From NCBI RefSeq assembly GCF_006345805.1, contig NW_021826417.1:1-12976 (forward strand): 12,976 bases of DNA, written 5' to 3'. Position 1 is the stretch's first letter. The number at the start of each line of letters is the position of its first letter. This DNA is from Octopus sinensis (taxonomy: Eukaryota). The position numbers and the translations under genes are program-made. Below the pieces are notes generated by a model that searched no databases, was not told the origin of the DNA, and saw nothing but the letters and a program-made list of their open reading frames with translations. Positions 1 to 10,090 of this stretch are shown piece after piece.

Positions 1-1
1 T

Positions 2-1246
2 CGTTTGAGTGCGGCTCGACTCGGTGACTTAGTTATTCCAGGCACTCATAACAGTGCATCTTTTTCTGTATCACCAAATGGTACTTTGGTGGAAAAACTT
101 TGGATTTCACGTGTTGCTTTAAGCCTTGGATTTAGTAATTATTTCAGCTCGTGGGCCAGGAACCATGACGACGGATTAGGTGCGCAGCTTAATGCTGGTT
201 ACCGATGTCTTGATTTACGAATTGCCTTGCTACCAAATGGAGGATTTTACTGGTGGCATGGCATATCTGGAGAGGCCATTGAATCTGGCTTAAAAGAAAT
301 TGCTAATTTTGCGACAGAGAATCCAGGAGAGATTATTATACTTTTAATTTCCCACTTAAATGCACCCGGTAACGGAATTCAAGAGAAATTACCAATGCCA
401 GGTGAGTCTAAGATCAAACTTGGTAAATATTTATTATCTATTTTAGGACCAAATCTTGTCCCAACACGGAACATTTCTTTAAATCCTACCTTATCGAGTG
501 TCATCTCAACGGGACGTAATGTCATTGCTCTAATCCGGGAAGATAAAGATTTAGTAAATGCCTTCCCGGATTATTTCTGGAGCGATGTCAACAACGAAAC
601 AGCAGTGGAAATGTTTGAACGAAGAACTAACCCTCGGAGTATGTTTACACATCGTTCTGACATCATGCAGAAATATAAGAGGAATTTCCCCGACAGATTA
701 GCCATCACACCGGCTTTTGTGACACACAATGTTCCAAATGTTTTGGGAGGAATATTAAGAAGCAAACGCGTGGCCTGGGCTCTTTCTTTAGTTCTGACAA
801 TTATGTTTTATCGATTAATCCAATCGTCGGAAAACAAGGACTTTACGAAATTGTTCTGTACCGGATTAAAAAGGCGAAGTCCCGTAAAAGCTGCTAGAGT
901 CACTGTGATATACCTGTTGATTATTATAATATCTGTGTATTTAGGGCATTTACAGCATAGAACTATACTAAAACTTTTCGGATTTGAGGGTAAAGCCACA
1001 AATTTGTTAGAAATGGCACGGATAGCTAATCTTTGCGGAGATGATCCAAGCAAAGCTAACGGGGAGGTAATTTATAAAGGTATAAATTCTATGATTCGGC
1101 ACTGGTCGGACAGAGAACAAGAATACAGACTAAACATCGTTCTGGTTGACGATTTTTCATCCAGCCAAGCGGTGAGGACGGCGATACAAGAAAACATTCG
1201 GAGAACGGACATAGAAAGATATAACATGAAAACGAAGTTTAGTTGA
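2..1246 (+). CDS. PI-PLC X-domain (PLCXD / bacterial-type PI-PLC-like) phosphodiesterase, N-terminus outside window, with two predicted TM helices
   Basis: The frame is open from the window edge (CGT at 2-4; the ORF-track start at 5 is a TTG) to TGA at 1244-1246, with no introns. Family motifs: LVIPGTHNS (catalytic His15), QLNAGYRCLDLR (Asp70/Arg72), YWWHG (second His85), PGEIIILLISH, AITP and C-terminal LNIVLVDDF. Hydrophobic segments lie at aa ~256-272 and ~297-314. Confidence 0.88.
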   Translation, partial: RLSAARLGDLVIPGTHNSASFSVSPNGTLVEKLWISRVALSLGFSNYFSSWARNHDDGLGAQLNAGYRCLDLRIALLPNGGFYWWHGISGEAIESGLKEIANFATENPGEIIILLISHLNAPGNGIQEKLPMPGESKIKLGKYLLSILGPNLVPTRNISLNPTLSSVISTGRNVIALIREDKDLVNAFPDYFWSDVNNETAVEMFERRTNPRSMFTHRSDIMQKYKRNFPDRLAITPAFVTHNVPNVLGGILRSKRVAWALSLVLTIMFYRLIQSSENKDFTKLFCTGLKRRSPVKAARVTVIYLLIIIISVYLGHLQHRTILKLFGFEGKATNLLEMARIANLCGDDPSKANGEVIYKGINSMIRHWSDREQEYRLNIVLVDDFSSSQAVRTAIQENIRRTDIERYNMKTKFS

Positions 1247-1280
1247 AACAGGAAACATTACACAAAACCTAGAATATAAG

Positions 1281-1436
1281 CAACACACGCACACCTACAC
1301 ACACATATACACACACATGCACACTAATGCATACATACATACACACACACAAGCCACACATAATCCCACACATATACATGCACATATATAAAAGTACTTA
1401 TATTTATATATGTATATAATATGTGCATATCTATCC

Positions 1437-1487
<51 letters not shown>

Positions 1488-1505
1488 AACCAATCTCATC
1501 AATCA

Positions 1506-1551
<46 letters not shown>

Positions 1552-1662
1552 GAAATCATCATCAATCATCATCAATCTATCTATCTATCTTCTATCTATC
1601 TATTCTATCTATATCCTTCTATCTATCATCTATCTATCTCCAATCTCTCAATCATCAATCTA

Positions 1663-1733
<71 letters not shown>

Positions 1734-2037
1734 CCTAGCTAGCTAGCTATCTCTCCATATCTCTCTCTCATTCTCTCTCTCTCTCTCTCGCTATATATAT
1801 ATACATATATATATAAATACATATATAAATTATATATATATACACATATACACGCATATATACATACCTGCACACACATGCAGGCACACATGTGTACACA
1901 CATATATGTATACATACACACATACGTACTACATACATACATACACACACACGTACATACATACATACATACATACATACATACATACATACATACATAC
2001 ATACATACATACATACATAAACACGCACATACATACA
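1281..2037. repeat. Compound microsatellite block: (CA)/(TA), then (TATC)n ~1430-1735, (TAGC)n, (TC)n, (TA)n, (TACA)n ~1955-2037
   Basis: Directly visible; accounts for the low-complexity ORFs 1421..2038. Confidence 0.97.
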
Positions 2038-2062
2038 TTTAGATAATATTCTATATATACAT

Positions 2063-2756
2063 ATAATAGCAAAATAAAAAACAAAAGCGATATCAACAGA
2101 TCAATGCAAAATCAAAAGAAGTCTAACCCATTCCGAAAATCAAAACAACAGAATTTTAGATATTTTTGTAATAAAAGAAAAAAAGACATTATTTAAATGA
2201 ATGATTTGTTATCTTACCGTTTTTACCTCTTAAAGGAACAATTGATAAATATTTGTCAATCTTTTGATCTTTGTATATATGCATAGATATAAAATGGCGA
2301 AGCGAACAAAAATAGACTTTGTATGTTTTTATGAGTTATTTAATATCATTTATTTAACTATAGACGAATGGGTCATCGCATATAATAACAGAAATATACT
2401 TTTATAAAGAGAAAATGAAAAATTTATCTGATGAAGCCGAATAACTTGTTTACAGAGGAAGTGTTATTAATGGAAGTTACTCTGCATTTGATATCTAAAA
2501 CAATTAAAGTGTTATTTAAAAAATTGTAACGTTTAATAAGCGATATGAATTCTTCAAAACAGAGAACAAAAGCGGTTCTTAAATTTTTCACTGTCGACTA
2601 ATGGAGCGTATTTGTTTACATTATTCCAAATTGTGGTTCGCCATTTTAAGTGTACAGAGATCAAAAAATTTACAAATAGTTGTTTTTCCTCTGTTTATGT
2701 CAAGCGTTTGTAGTTTTCTCTCCCTCCCCAACACACCAACCTTTCTCATGCACTGA
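2063..2756 (+). other. Possible coding fragment with short introns, unidentified
   Basis: GT-AG segments at 2168-2235 and 2321-2363 (GTATGT...CTATAG) join frames in phase. The frame 2364-2756 has five TAA and no TGA/TAG before its end. No recognisable domain. Confidence 0.22.
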
Positions 2757-2796
2757 TATATATATATATATATATATATTATAATATATCCTACAG

Positions 2797-2839
<43 letters not shown>

Positions 2840-2939
2840 TATATACATATATACATATATACACACACAACATATATATATATACATACATATATATATA
2901 TATATTATATATATATATATAGATATATATATATATATC

Positions 2940-2962
<23 letters not shown>
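2756..2962. repeat. (TA)n-rich microsatellite
   Basis: Directly visible. Confidence 0.97.
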
Positions 2963-2971
<9 letters not shown>

Positions 2972-3103
2972 ATTTAGGGTATCTAAGTGATACCACCACG
3001 CTGAAAATAGCTGTCAAACCTGACTCTAAATCACATTAAATTGTTCATACAGTACCTAGAGAGAAGATAAAAGGACAATATAAACTAGCGAAAAATTACT
3101 GGA

Positions 3104-3165
3104 TAATTCCCAGATCCCGGACTTCTGACTTTGCGTAAGAAATACTTTGCTTCATCAGTGGAATA
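3104..3165 (-). ncRNA. Degenerate type I hammerhead ribozyme-like sequence
   Basis: Minus strand reads TATTCCA CTGATGA ... GAAG TCC-G-GGA TC TGGGAATTA. The CUGAUGA core, a stem I complement and a palindromic stem III with an AUC triplet are present. GAAA appears as GAAG and stem II does not pair. Confidence 0.35.
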
Positions 3166-3186
3166 TACGCAGATAGTAACATAAAT

Positions 3187-3225
<39 letters not shown>

Positions 3226-3420
3226 ATATATATATATATAATATATATATATAGATATATATATATATATAACTACATACGAATATCCACATATATGAAC
3301 GTATACATACATATATATGCACGTATGCACATGGTCAGTTTAAATTGCCCGCCTATAACTCCTCGTGCGATATGGTCAAAATATCAGCGCAGTAAATACA
3401 ATGAAATGAATATATAAATT

Positions 3421-3748
3421 TATATAAATAAGGATAAGCTCGTTAATTTAAATATCGATCTTATCAAGTGGCCAGCATGGGAATAAAAAACTCCAAAGGT
3501 AATAATTATTCTCAAAATTATAATTTAGGGTATCTAAGAGATACCAAAACGCTGAAAATAGCAGTCAAAACCTGACTCTAAAACCACATTAAATGTTTAT
3601 ACAACACCACGAAAGAAGACAAAAGGACGAAATAAACTATCTCTTAGATACCCTAAATTATAATTTTAATAATAATTATTACCTTTGAAGGTTTTTTATT
3701 CCCAGCTGGCTACTGATAAGATCGATATGTAAATTAACGATCTTATCC

Positions 3749-3759
<11 letters not shown>
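3421..3759. repeat. Imperfect inverted repeat, ~121 bp arms (3421-3542 / 3639-3759), 96 bp spacer
   Basis: Manual reverse complement, e.g. ATAATTTAGGGTATCTAAGAGAT vs ATCTCTTAGATACCCTAAATTAT. The arms differ by a few substitutions and 1-bp indels. Confidence 0.95.
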
Positions 3760-3807
<48 letters not shown>

Positions 3808-3830
3808 CATTCAACTACTTTAAAACATAT

Positions 3831-3888
<58 letters not shown>

Positions 3889-3928
3889 TATTATAATATA
3901 TATATATATAAATATATATATGTATATA

Positions 3929-3976
<48 letters not shown>

Positions 3977-4020
3977 ATATATAATATCTATATATAGATA
4001 GATAGATAGATACATATATA
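3752..4020. repeat. (TA)n microsatellite
   Basis: Directly visible. Confidence 0.97.
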
Positions 4021-4324
4021 ACCAGATGCAGCACGGATTTTGTCAGTGAACAGTCGCGGTCTTATAGCGACGAAAATATTTTGACAAATTAAACTTAAAT
4101 GTTGAAGTGAATCGAACGGCTTTTGTGTGTTTCTTAAATGGCTTACAAACACCTTCCTTCCACGCTGCAATTGTTTTCATTCCAGCACACGATGTCATAT
4201 CAAACCACTTGCTATGCAAGTACATCTCCGTAATATATATATATAAAGTTAATCCAAACAAGAAAGCACCAAAAAACACAACAACGAGAGACATGGAACA
4301 AATATAGTATTATTGGACGCTCAA

Positions 4325-4369
4325 TTTATATATATATATATACATATAATATATATATATATATATTAT

Positions 4370-4401
<32 letters not shown>

Positions 4402-4468
4402 ATATGATATAATATATACACATACTATAAAATTATATATATATTGATATAATGTATATCTATATATA
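4325..4468. repeat. (TA)n-rich microsatellite
   Basis: Directly visible. Confidence 0.95.
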
Positions 4469-5340
4469 TTTTTTATATCAGTTTCAGCTGAGAGCTGTGG
4501 CCATGTTGAGGCACCACCATTTTGCTACCTGTTATTAATTGAGAGCCTCCTCTGATATGTGGCATTTGATGAATAAGGGAGTTTGATGTCGCTATCTGGG
4601 ACTCTCGAAAGGATGCGGTCCAGTTTTGATTTGAAAACACCTACATCAACTTTGTGTAAGTCCCTCAGGCTCTTTGGGAGAATATTAAAATAGTGTGGGC
4701 CCCTGAAACCCAGGCTGTTGCAGTAACTGGTCCTGAAGCGCGATGGCATTGCTGAAATCTTTGGCACCGTGCAGTGGCGATCCGTTCTGGCATTTGTGTA
4801 GCTTTAAATGCCAAAATTTGGCACAATGCTTTCCCAGGATCCTCCAGATGGATATTACTGCCTACCTCTCCCGCCTTCGCTCCAGGGAGTAGAGTCTTAG
4901 CTCCCTCAGCCTATCCAAGTAGCTATTGCAATGATACGATCTTTTTTGTGAATCTTCCCTGGATTACTTGAAGGTTCGCTATAATTTTACGCTGTTGGGT
5001 GACCGTAGCTAGGAGCAGTAGTCCAGGTGGTTGAGGACGAATGTACTCCAGAGGACCATCATTGTTCCTTCTCTCTTGTTCTCAAGATACTCATTATCCA
5101 TCCAGTCAGTCGCCTGCACTTTGTCGCCATCCTGGTAAAGTGCACTTGGAAAGAGGTATCATCACTCATGTCGATTTCCAGGTCTCTCACTGATTTGGGC
5201 TCTGGGTTTGTAATTCGCTGTGGGCCAGTATACCCTGTAAGTTTTATATTCAATTTTGGGCGCTGGTAACACAGGGCTTCGAATTTTTCAGCATTAAACT
5301 GCATATTATTTACAGCCCATCTGTAAATTCAGTCCAATTC
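4469..5340 (-). mobile_element. 5'-truncated, decayed CR1-group LINE (C-terminal RT/thumb region of ORF2 plus 3' end)
   Basis: Minus-strand fragments RWAVNNMQFNAEKF, VRDLEIDMSDDTSF..H, GWIMSILRTR, YSLERRRER (4865-4891) and SLGFRGPHYFNILPKSLR..VGVFKSKLDRILSRVPD match the CR1/L2-group ORF2 C-terminus. It has stops and frameshifts, with a short A run at the 3' end near 4469-4474. Confidence 0.9.
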
Positions 5341-5452
5341 ATATACACACACACACACACACATACACACACACGCACACACACACGTACACGCGCGCGC
5401 ACACACACACACACACAACACACACACACACACATATTGAAATATAAATATA

Positions 5453-5491
<39 letters not shown>

Positions 5492-5655
5492 ATAATATAT
5501 ATTGATATATATATATATGTATATATAAATATATTTTGAAATATGTATATATTGGCATATATATACATATATACGTGTATATATTATACAAATATGTATA
5601 TATATATATACGTATATATACATATATATGTATATATACACGTATATATATATAA
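5341..5655. repeat. Compound (CA)n/(TA)n microsatellite
   Basis: Directly visible. Confidence 0.96.
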
Positions 5656-5930
5656 ATAAGCAACAGGATATCAAGTAATGATGCAGTACGACTGTTTCAA
5701 GCGACGCCATTTAACTGAGCAATACAATCATTACATCAATTGAAATGCACTGACATCTTCAGCTTGACATACACAAATGATTGTGAATGTGTATGTGTGC
5801 ATGTGTGCACATATATAAATCTGTGTATCTTACGATGAATTGATAGATAGCATGTTTATCTTTCCAGTAATTCCATAAGTAAATGCACTTAATGAGGCTT
5901 ATTTAACCTCTAATTGAACTTTTAAATACA

Positions 5931-5933
5931 CAA

Positions 5934-6018
<85 letters not shown>

Positions 6019-6075
6019 CAGAGTGTGTACGTGCGAGTGAGAGAAAGAGAGAGAGAGAAGAGAGGGAGAGAGAGC
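5931..6075. repeat. Compound (CA)n(TA)n(GA)n microsatellite
   Basis: Directly visible. Confidence 0.96.
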
Positions 6076-6079
6076 GAAA

Positions 6080-6971
6080 ATGCATCTTCGTACATTAATT
6101 ATTGTTATGAATTCATGTCTAAATGAGCTCCTGTTACGAGCGAAGCTTTTAAAATTTCTGTTAATTGATAAGAAGTTTGTGTATTAAATCTCATTCTTTT
6201 TCTTTTTACTGAATATGTTTTCTTGTGATTCTATATTGACCTGTAATACATGAAAGAGATGCACTTCTAACAGAAATGATTTTAATTCAAGAAGAGTTCC
6301 GAAGGAAGATAACAAACTTGATCTGTGGTGCGGGTCTTTGGGGAGAAGCTATCGCTGGTTCAACGCGTAAACATTAAACCTGAAGATGATCCTCAGAAAA
6401 AGATGAATTTCTCATTTTAACCCCCAGCAACCTTGAGCGACGACTGTCCCAGAAATTTGAGGACAGTCTCAGGAAAAGACAATGGAACGGGTATGTGAAC
6501 ACATTTAAAACTGAAATGGCACATCTAATGCGACTGAGGGTAATTTATAAAAATGATATCTTCTCTCTTGGTACAATCAGTCATAAGGATGTACTTGGTG
6601 GAATGGGGCCTGAAATCTCTTGCATCCTTACAAAGTTTTGACGCATTTATATTTCATTGCAGCACAATGCGTTCAACTTCTTTTGTTGCAGCTTGGGAGA
6701 ATGGACACCAGAGAGCTGTCTGATATTTGGCAGTATCGTTAATGTCTATTACGGTACACAGTTGTATTGGGTGTCTGTTGAACGGTGGTGGCTTGATATC
6801 CCGCACAACGTAACTTTTGGGGTGGCATCATGTTATGGTTTCTATAATTCTGTGATAGGCAAGAATAAATTTTCAATAATAATATGGGAGTTATTACAAC
6901 CTTTATTGTTTCTTTATACATGCACATATATAAAAGTACTAGGAGGGACTCTTAAAGTCAAAACTACATAA
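6080..6971 (+). CDS. Putative spliced gene of unknown function (~240 aa); exons ~6080-6180, 6257-6366, 6397-6634, 6692-6971
   Basis: One frame from 6258 to 6971 (238 codons) has only four internal stops (6375, 6381, 6387, 6639). All four fall within GT..AG segments of 30 nt (6367-6396) and 57 nt (6635-6691, acceptor TTCTTTTGTTGCAG). A pyrimidine-rich 76 nt GT..AG segment (6181-6256) links an upstream stop-free exon in phase. Splice sites were chosen by eye and no family is recognised. Confidence 0.42.
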
Positions 6972-7121
6972 TAAACACATTGTACCGAACGCAAGGGAAT
7001 GCAACTCTCGAAGCGAGCCTTTTAAAACCAGATTCAACTGCAGATCATATGATTTCATAATTAGTGCACAAATGCACTTTTTAATCGTCAGTGCAAGCAT
7101 AATCAAGACACATAAAAATAA

Positions 7122-7634
7122 CCAAAAATTCAGCATACTAAACGAACACCAAATGTATCCAACATAGTACATAGCATTTTTCCCACATATATCTATGTAA
7201 GAGGCGGGCTTTTCGAATTGCATCTTTTATGTGAATTACTACGGGTTATTACGAAAATTCAGAAAGTTTCGTCGCACCTCTGTGACCTAATAACTGAATT
7301 TTCAATTGAATTGCATTCCTTGGAAACTAGTGTTGCTATCATAGATGTAAAAGCGATTGACTTATTACGAAGAAACATGATGCACACCTTCAGAAGGTTG
7401 GTGTTCTGCAGAACCAAATATTTCTTTCAGTACCATCAAGAAAGTGAATAATCAGAGATAACTGCTTTAAAACATAGTCTCTACTCTTGTGATTGCATCA
7501 ACATTTGTATCTATAATTATTGTTGCATCATATATTATATTACCATATATCTAAGTGGAATTTTCAAGGAAAGGAAGCAACCAGCTGTTCAGCAATTTTT
7601 TTTTTCCGAGTTGTTATCTAAATTTCAGCGATGA
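7122..7634 (+). other. Stop-poor reading frame, possible coding fragment (true strand uncertain)
   Basis: About 170 codons with one internal TAA (7449-7451) in AT-rich DNA. It overlaps a hydrophobic minus-strand ORF (6939..7223). No motif recognised. Confidence 0.25.
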
Positions 7635-7666
7635 TACTTTTGTTTCGTAAAGAACTCCATTTTTAT

Positions 7667-7712
7667 AGAAAGAAAGAAAGAAAGAAAGAAAAAAAAAGAA
7701 AGAAAGGAAAGA
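7667..7712. repeat. (GAAA)n purine tract
   Basis: Directly visible. Confidence 0.93.
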
Positions 7713-8024
7713 GATGACATACATCATTGGACTGGCAAAGGATTCTGAACTTCTTTAATATTTGTTTTCAACTCACTAAAGTATATGTGTGTACATATGT
7801 ATGTGCGCTTCCTATGTGTAGTCATAGATGGGTAGATAGCAAGTATATAGATGTGTGTGTGTGTGTGTACACAGAAAAAGTATGTACCTGGAATACAGAC
7901 GTCATCAAAATTTTACATTTAAGTGTTATACGTTCGAAAAGTTAATGCTTTTTTTTCCCAAATAGTTTGGAACATACCAAATAATTTAACCTTTCAATAT
8001 TTCATTTCACATCGATTATTAGGC

Positions 8025-8036
8025 ATGTATATATGC

Positions 8037-8077
<41 letters not shown>

Positions 8078-8130
8078 TAATACATATTTTATATACATAT
8101 ATATACATATATATATACATACGTACATAC

Positions 8131-8171
<41 letters not shown>

Positions 8172-8400
8172 CCTACATCATATATATATATTATATATTA
8201 TAATATCTATATATATATGTAGGTATGTATATATGCATGTATGTATATATATATATCTACATATGTTTTATATTATGTATATTATATATATATATATCAT
8301 ACTTACATACATTATATATATATATATATATAATATATAATATATAATATATATAATATATATATCTATATAATAGAGAGAGAGAGAGAGAGAGAGAAGA
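8025..8400. repeat. (TA)n-rich compound microsatellite ending in (GA)n
   Basis: Directly visible. Confidence 0.96.
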
Positions 8401-8945
8401 TAGAACGAGAAAGAATCTCATAAATTCTCTCATGGGTCATATTTGTGTTCTTCCAATGCTTTGCTCAAACACCTCCCTGTGATCTTGTAAAGTCATCAAC
8501 GTCCCACACAAGAGAAGTAATTTCTACCATCATCTGTATTATAATGTTCAGTCGAAAGTAAAAAGATAAAGGTTCAAATCTAGTAAAAAATCAAGCCCCA
8601 AGAGGGCGATATAGGCCTTGTTTTCAGATGTTAAGTTTGAAGATGATCTATTTTACCGTATCTAAAAGGAAAAAAAAATGTGAAGTAATGGTCGTTTATC
8701 GAATAATGTGGAAAATATCCAACACTTTTGCTGCATCTTTTCAGCTGTATTTACCGAAATCTGTAAAGGGAAACTTGTTCTGTGAAAGATCTTGGTAACG
8801 GATCGGATAATTTGTGTTATAAAATTACATATTTTTGCCTTGTGAGTTCCTAGCCTTTAAAATAACCTGTGGCATGTTATCCTTTCGGAGTCCTTAACTT
8901 AATTTCAAGAGAAAGAGCATATTAAAACTTGGGTGTGTTGCGTGG

Positions 8946-8984
<39 letters not shown>

Positions 8985-9471
8985 GAAATATAGTAATGTA
9001 TATATGAATAGATAATTACAACGTAAAGGCGGTGATCCAGTATGGTCTGAACAGTGATGCTTCAAGTGAATTAAAGAACTTCTACTTGCATAGCATCACA
9101 GTTTAACACATATTGGATGTTGTTATAGTCGTATAAGAAAATTCGCTATTGACAACATATATTGAATAATAAAGTTCTCTCATCGCTTTGGCTAACATTT
9201 CATTAAATAAATCTATGTCTGTGATATGACCCACTTAATTTTGTTCTTTATCGGTCATTTCTGTTGCTTCTTTTTTTTTTTGATTTTGCAATGTTTTTAG
9301 ATATTTTTGGCATTCACTAGGAATTTTAGTAGAGATGTTGTGTCCCTTTTTAAGATTAAAAAGAAAAAAAAGAGGAAATTGTCGACTGCGGGTATAAAAA
9401 TAGGTTACAAACTCGAAATCTCCTCTGTCTTATTTTGAAAAGAGAGTTGAAAAATAAACACGCATACTTGT

Positions 9472-9581
9472 TTATATATGTATGCATGTATACATATATA
9501 TATAAATGCATTTTATATATATAATGTGTGTGTGCATATATTTATATATATATATATATAAACACACACACACACACACAC

Positions 9582-9619
<38 letters not shown>

Positions 9620-9705
9620 TATATATTATCATAAGAGATATATACAATACATACAATGCATACGTACATACATACATACATACATACTTACGTGTGTGTG
9701 TGTGT
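9472..9705. repeat. Compound (TA)n/(CA)n/(TACA)n microsatellite
   Basis: Directly visible. Confidence 0.95.
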
Positions 9706-9943
9706 CGTTGATATAATGCAAAAGTGTCGTAAGTCCAAAAGTTGCTTTTTCAGAAAACAAAAAGAAATATTTCCACGAATTCCAGAGCAAAAGCGTTGTC
9801 CTACACTTTGACCCTTTTTGATATCTTGGCATCTGAAGCAGCTGGAGATACGTTATTTTCACCAAAAGAATCGGCTATTGCAAGCAAAAATGAATATTGA
9901 AAAAAATCTGGCCAAATTTGGACATAGGACAGTTTAGGAACGA

Positions 9944-10025
9944 TGTATGTATGTATGTATGTATGTATGTATGTATGTATGTATGTATGTATGTATGTAT
10001 GTATGTATGTATGTATGTATATATG

Positions 10026-10090
<65 letters not shown>

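Larger units (their letters stand above)
2963..3759 (-). mobile_element. Retrozyme-like non-autonomous element 1: 551 bp unit, partial direct repeat and fold-back
   Basis: 2963-3086 recurs imperfectly at 3514-3638 (offset 551). 3639-3759 is the reverse complement of 3421-3542. It shares spaced motifs with element 2, carries a degenerate hammerhead at the equivalent position, has an internal (CA)n(TA)n tract at 3186-3330 and is flanked by (TA)n on both sides. Confidence 0.6.

Noticed and set aside
571-1053. Two minus-strand ORFs inside the PLC gene
   Set aside because: Antisense shadows of a real CDS, with no motifs.
1421-2038. Overlapping 88-107 aa ORFs (IYLS / YVCM repeats)
   Set aside because: Translations of TATC and TACA microsatellites.
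2420-2460. CTGATGAAGCCGAAT hammerhead-like core
   Set aside because: GAAT instead of GAAA, no stem II, and no stem I complement.
4024-4323. Two short segments recalled as common Octopus repeats; 4245-4323 possibly a Penelope-type terminal fragment
   Set aside because: Recollection only. There is no hammerhead, ORF or terminal structure in the window to support a call, and ORFs 3988..4307 show no motifs.
4774-5269. Plus-strand ORFs 4774..4971 and 5027..5269
   Set aside because: Antisense to the CR1-group LINE remnant.
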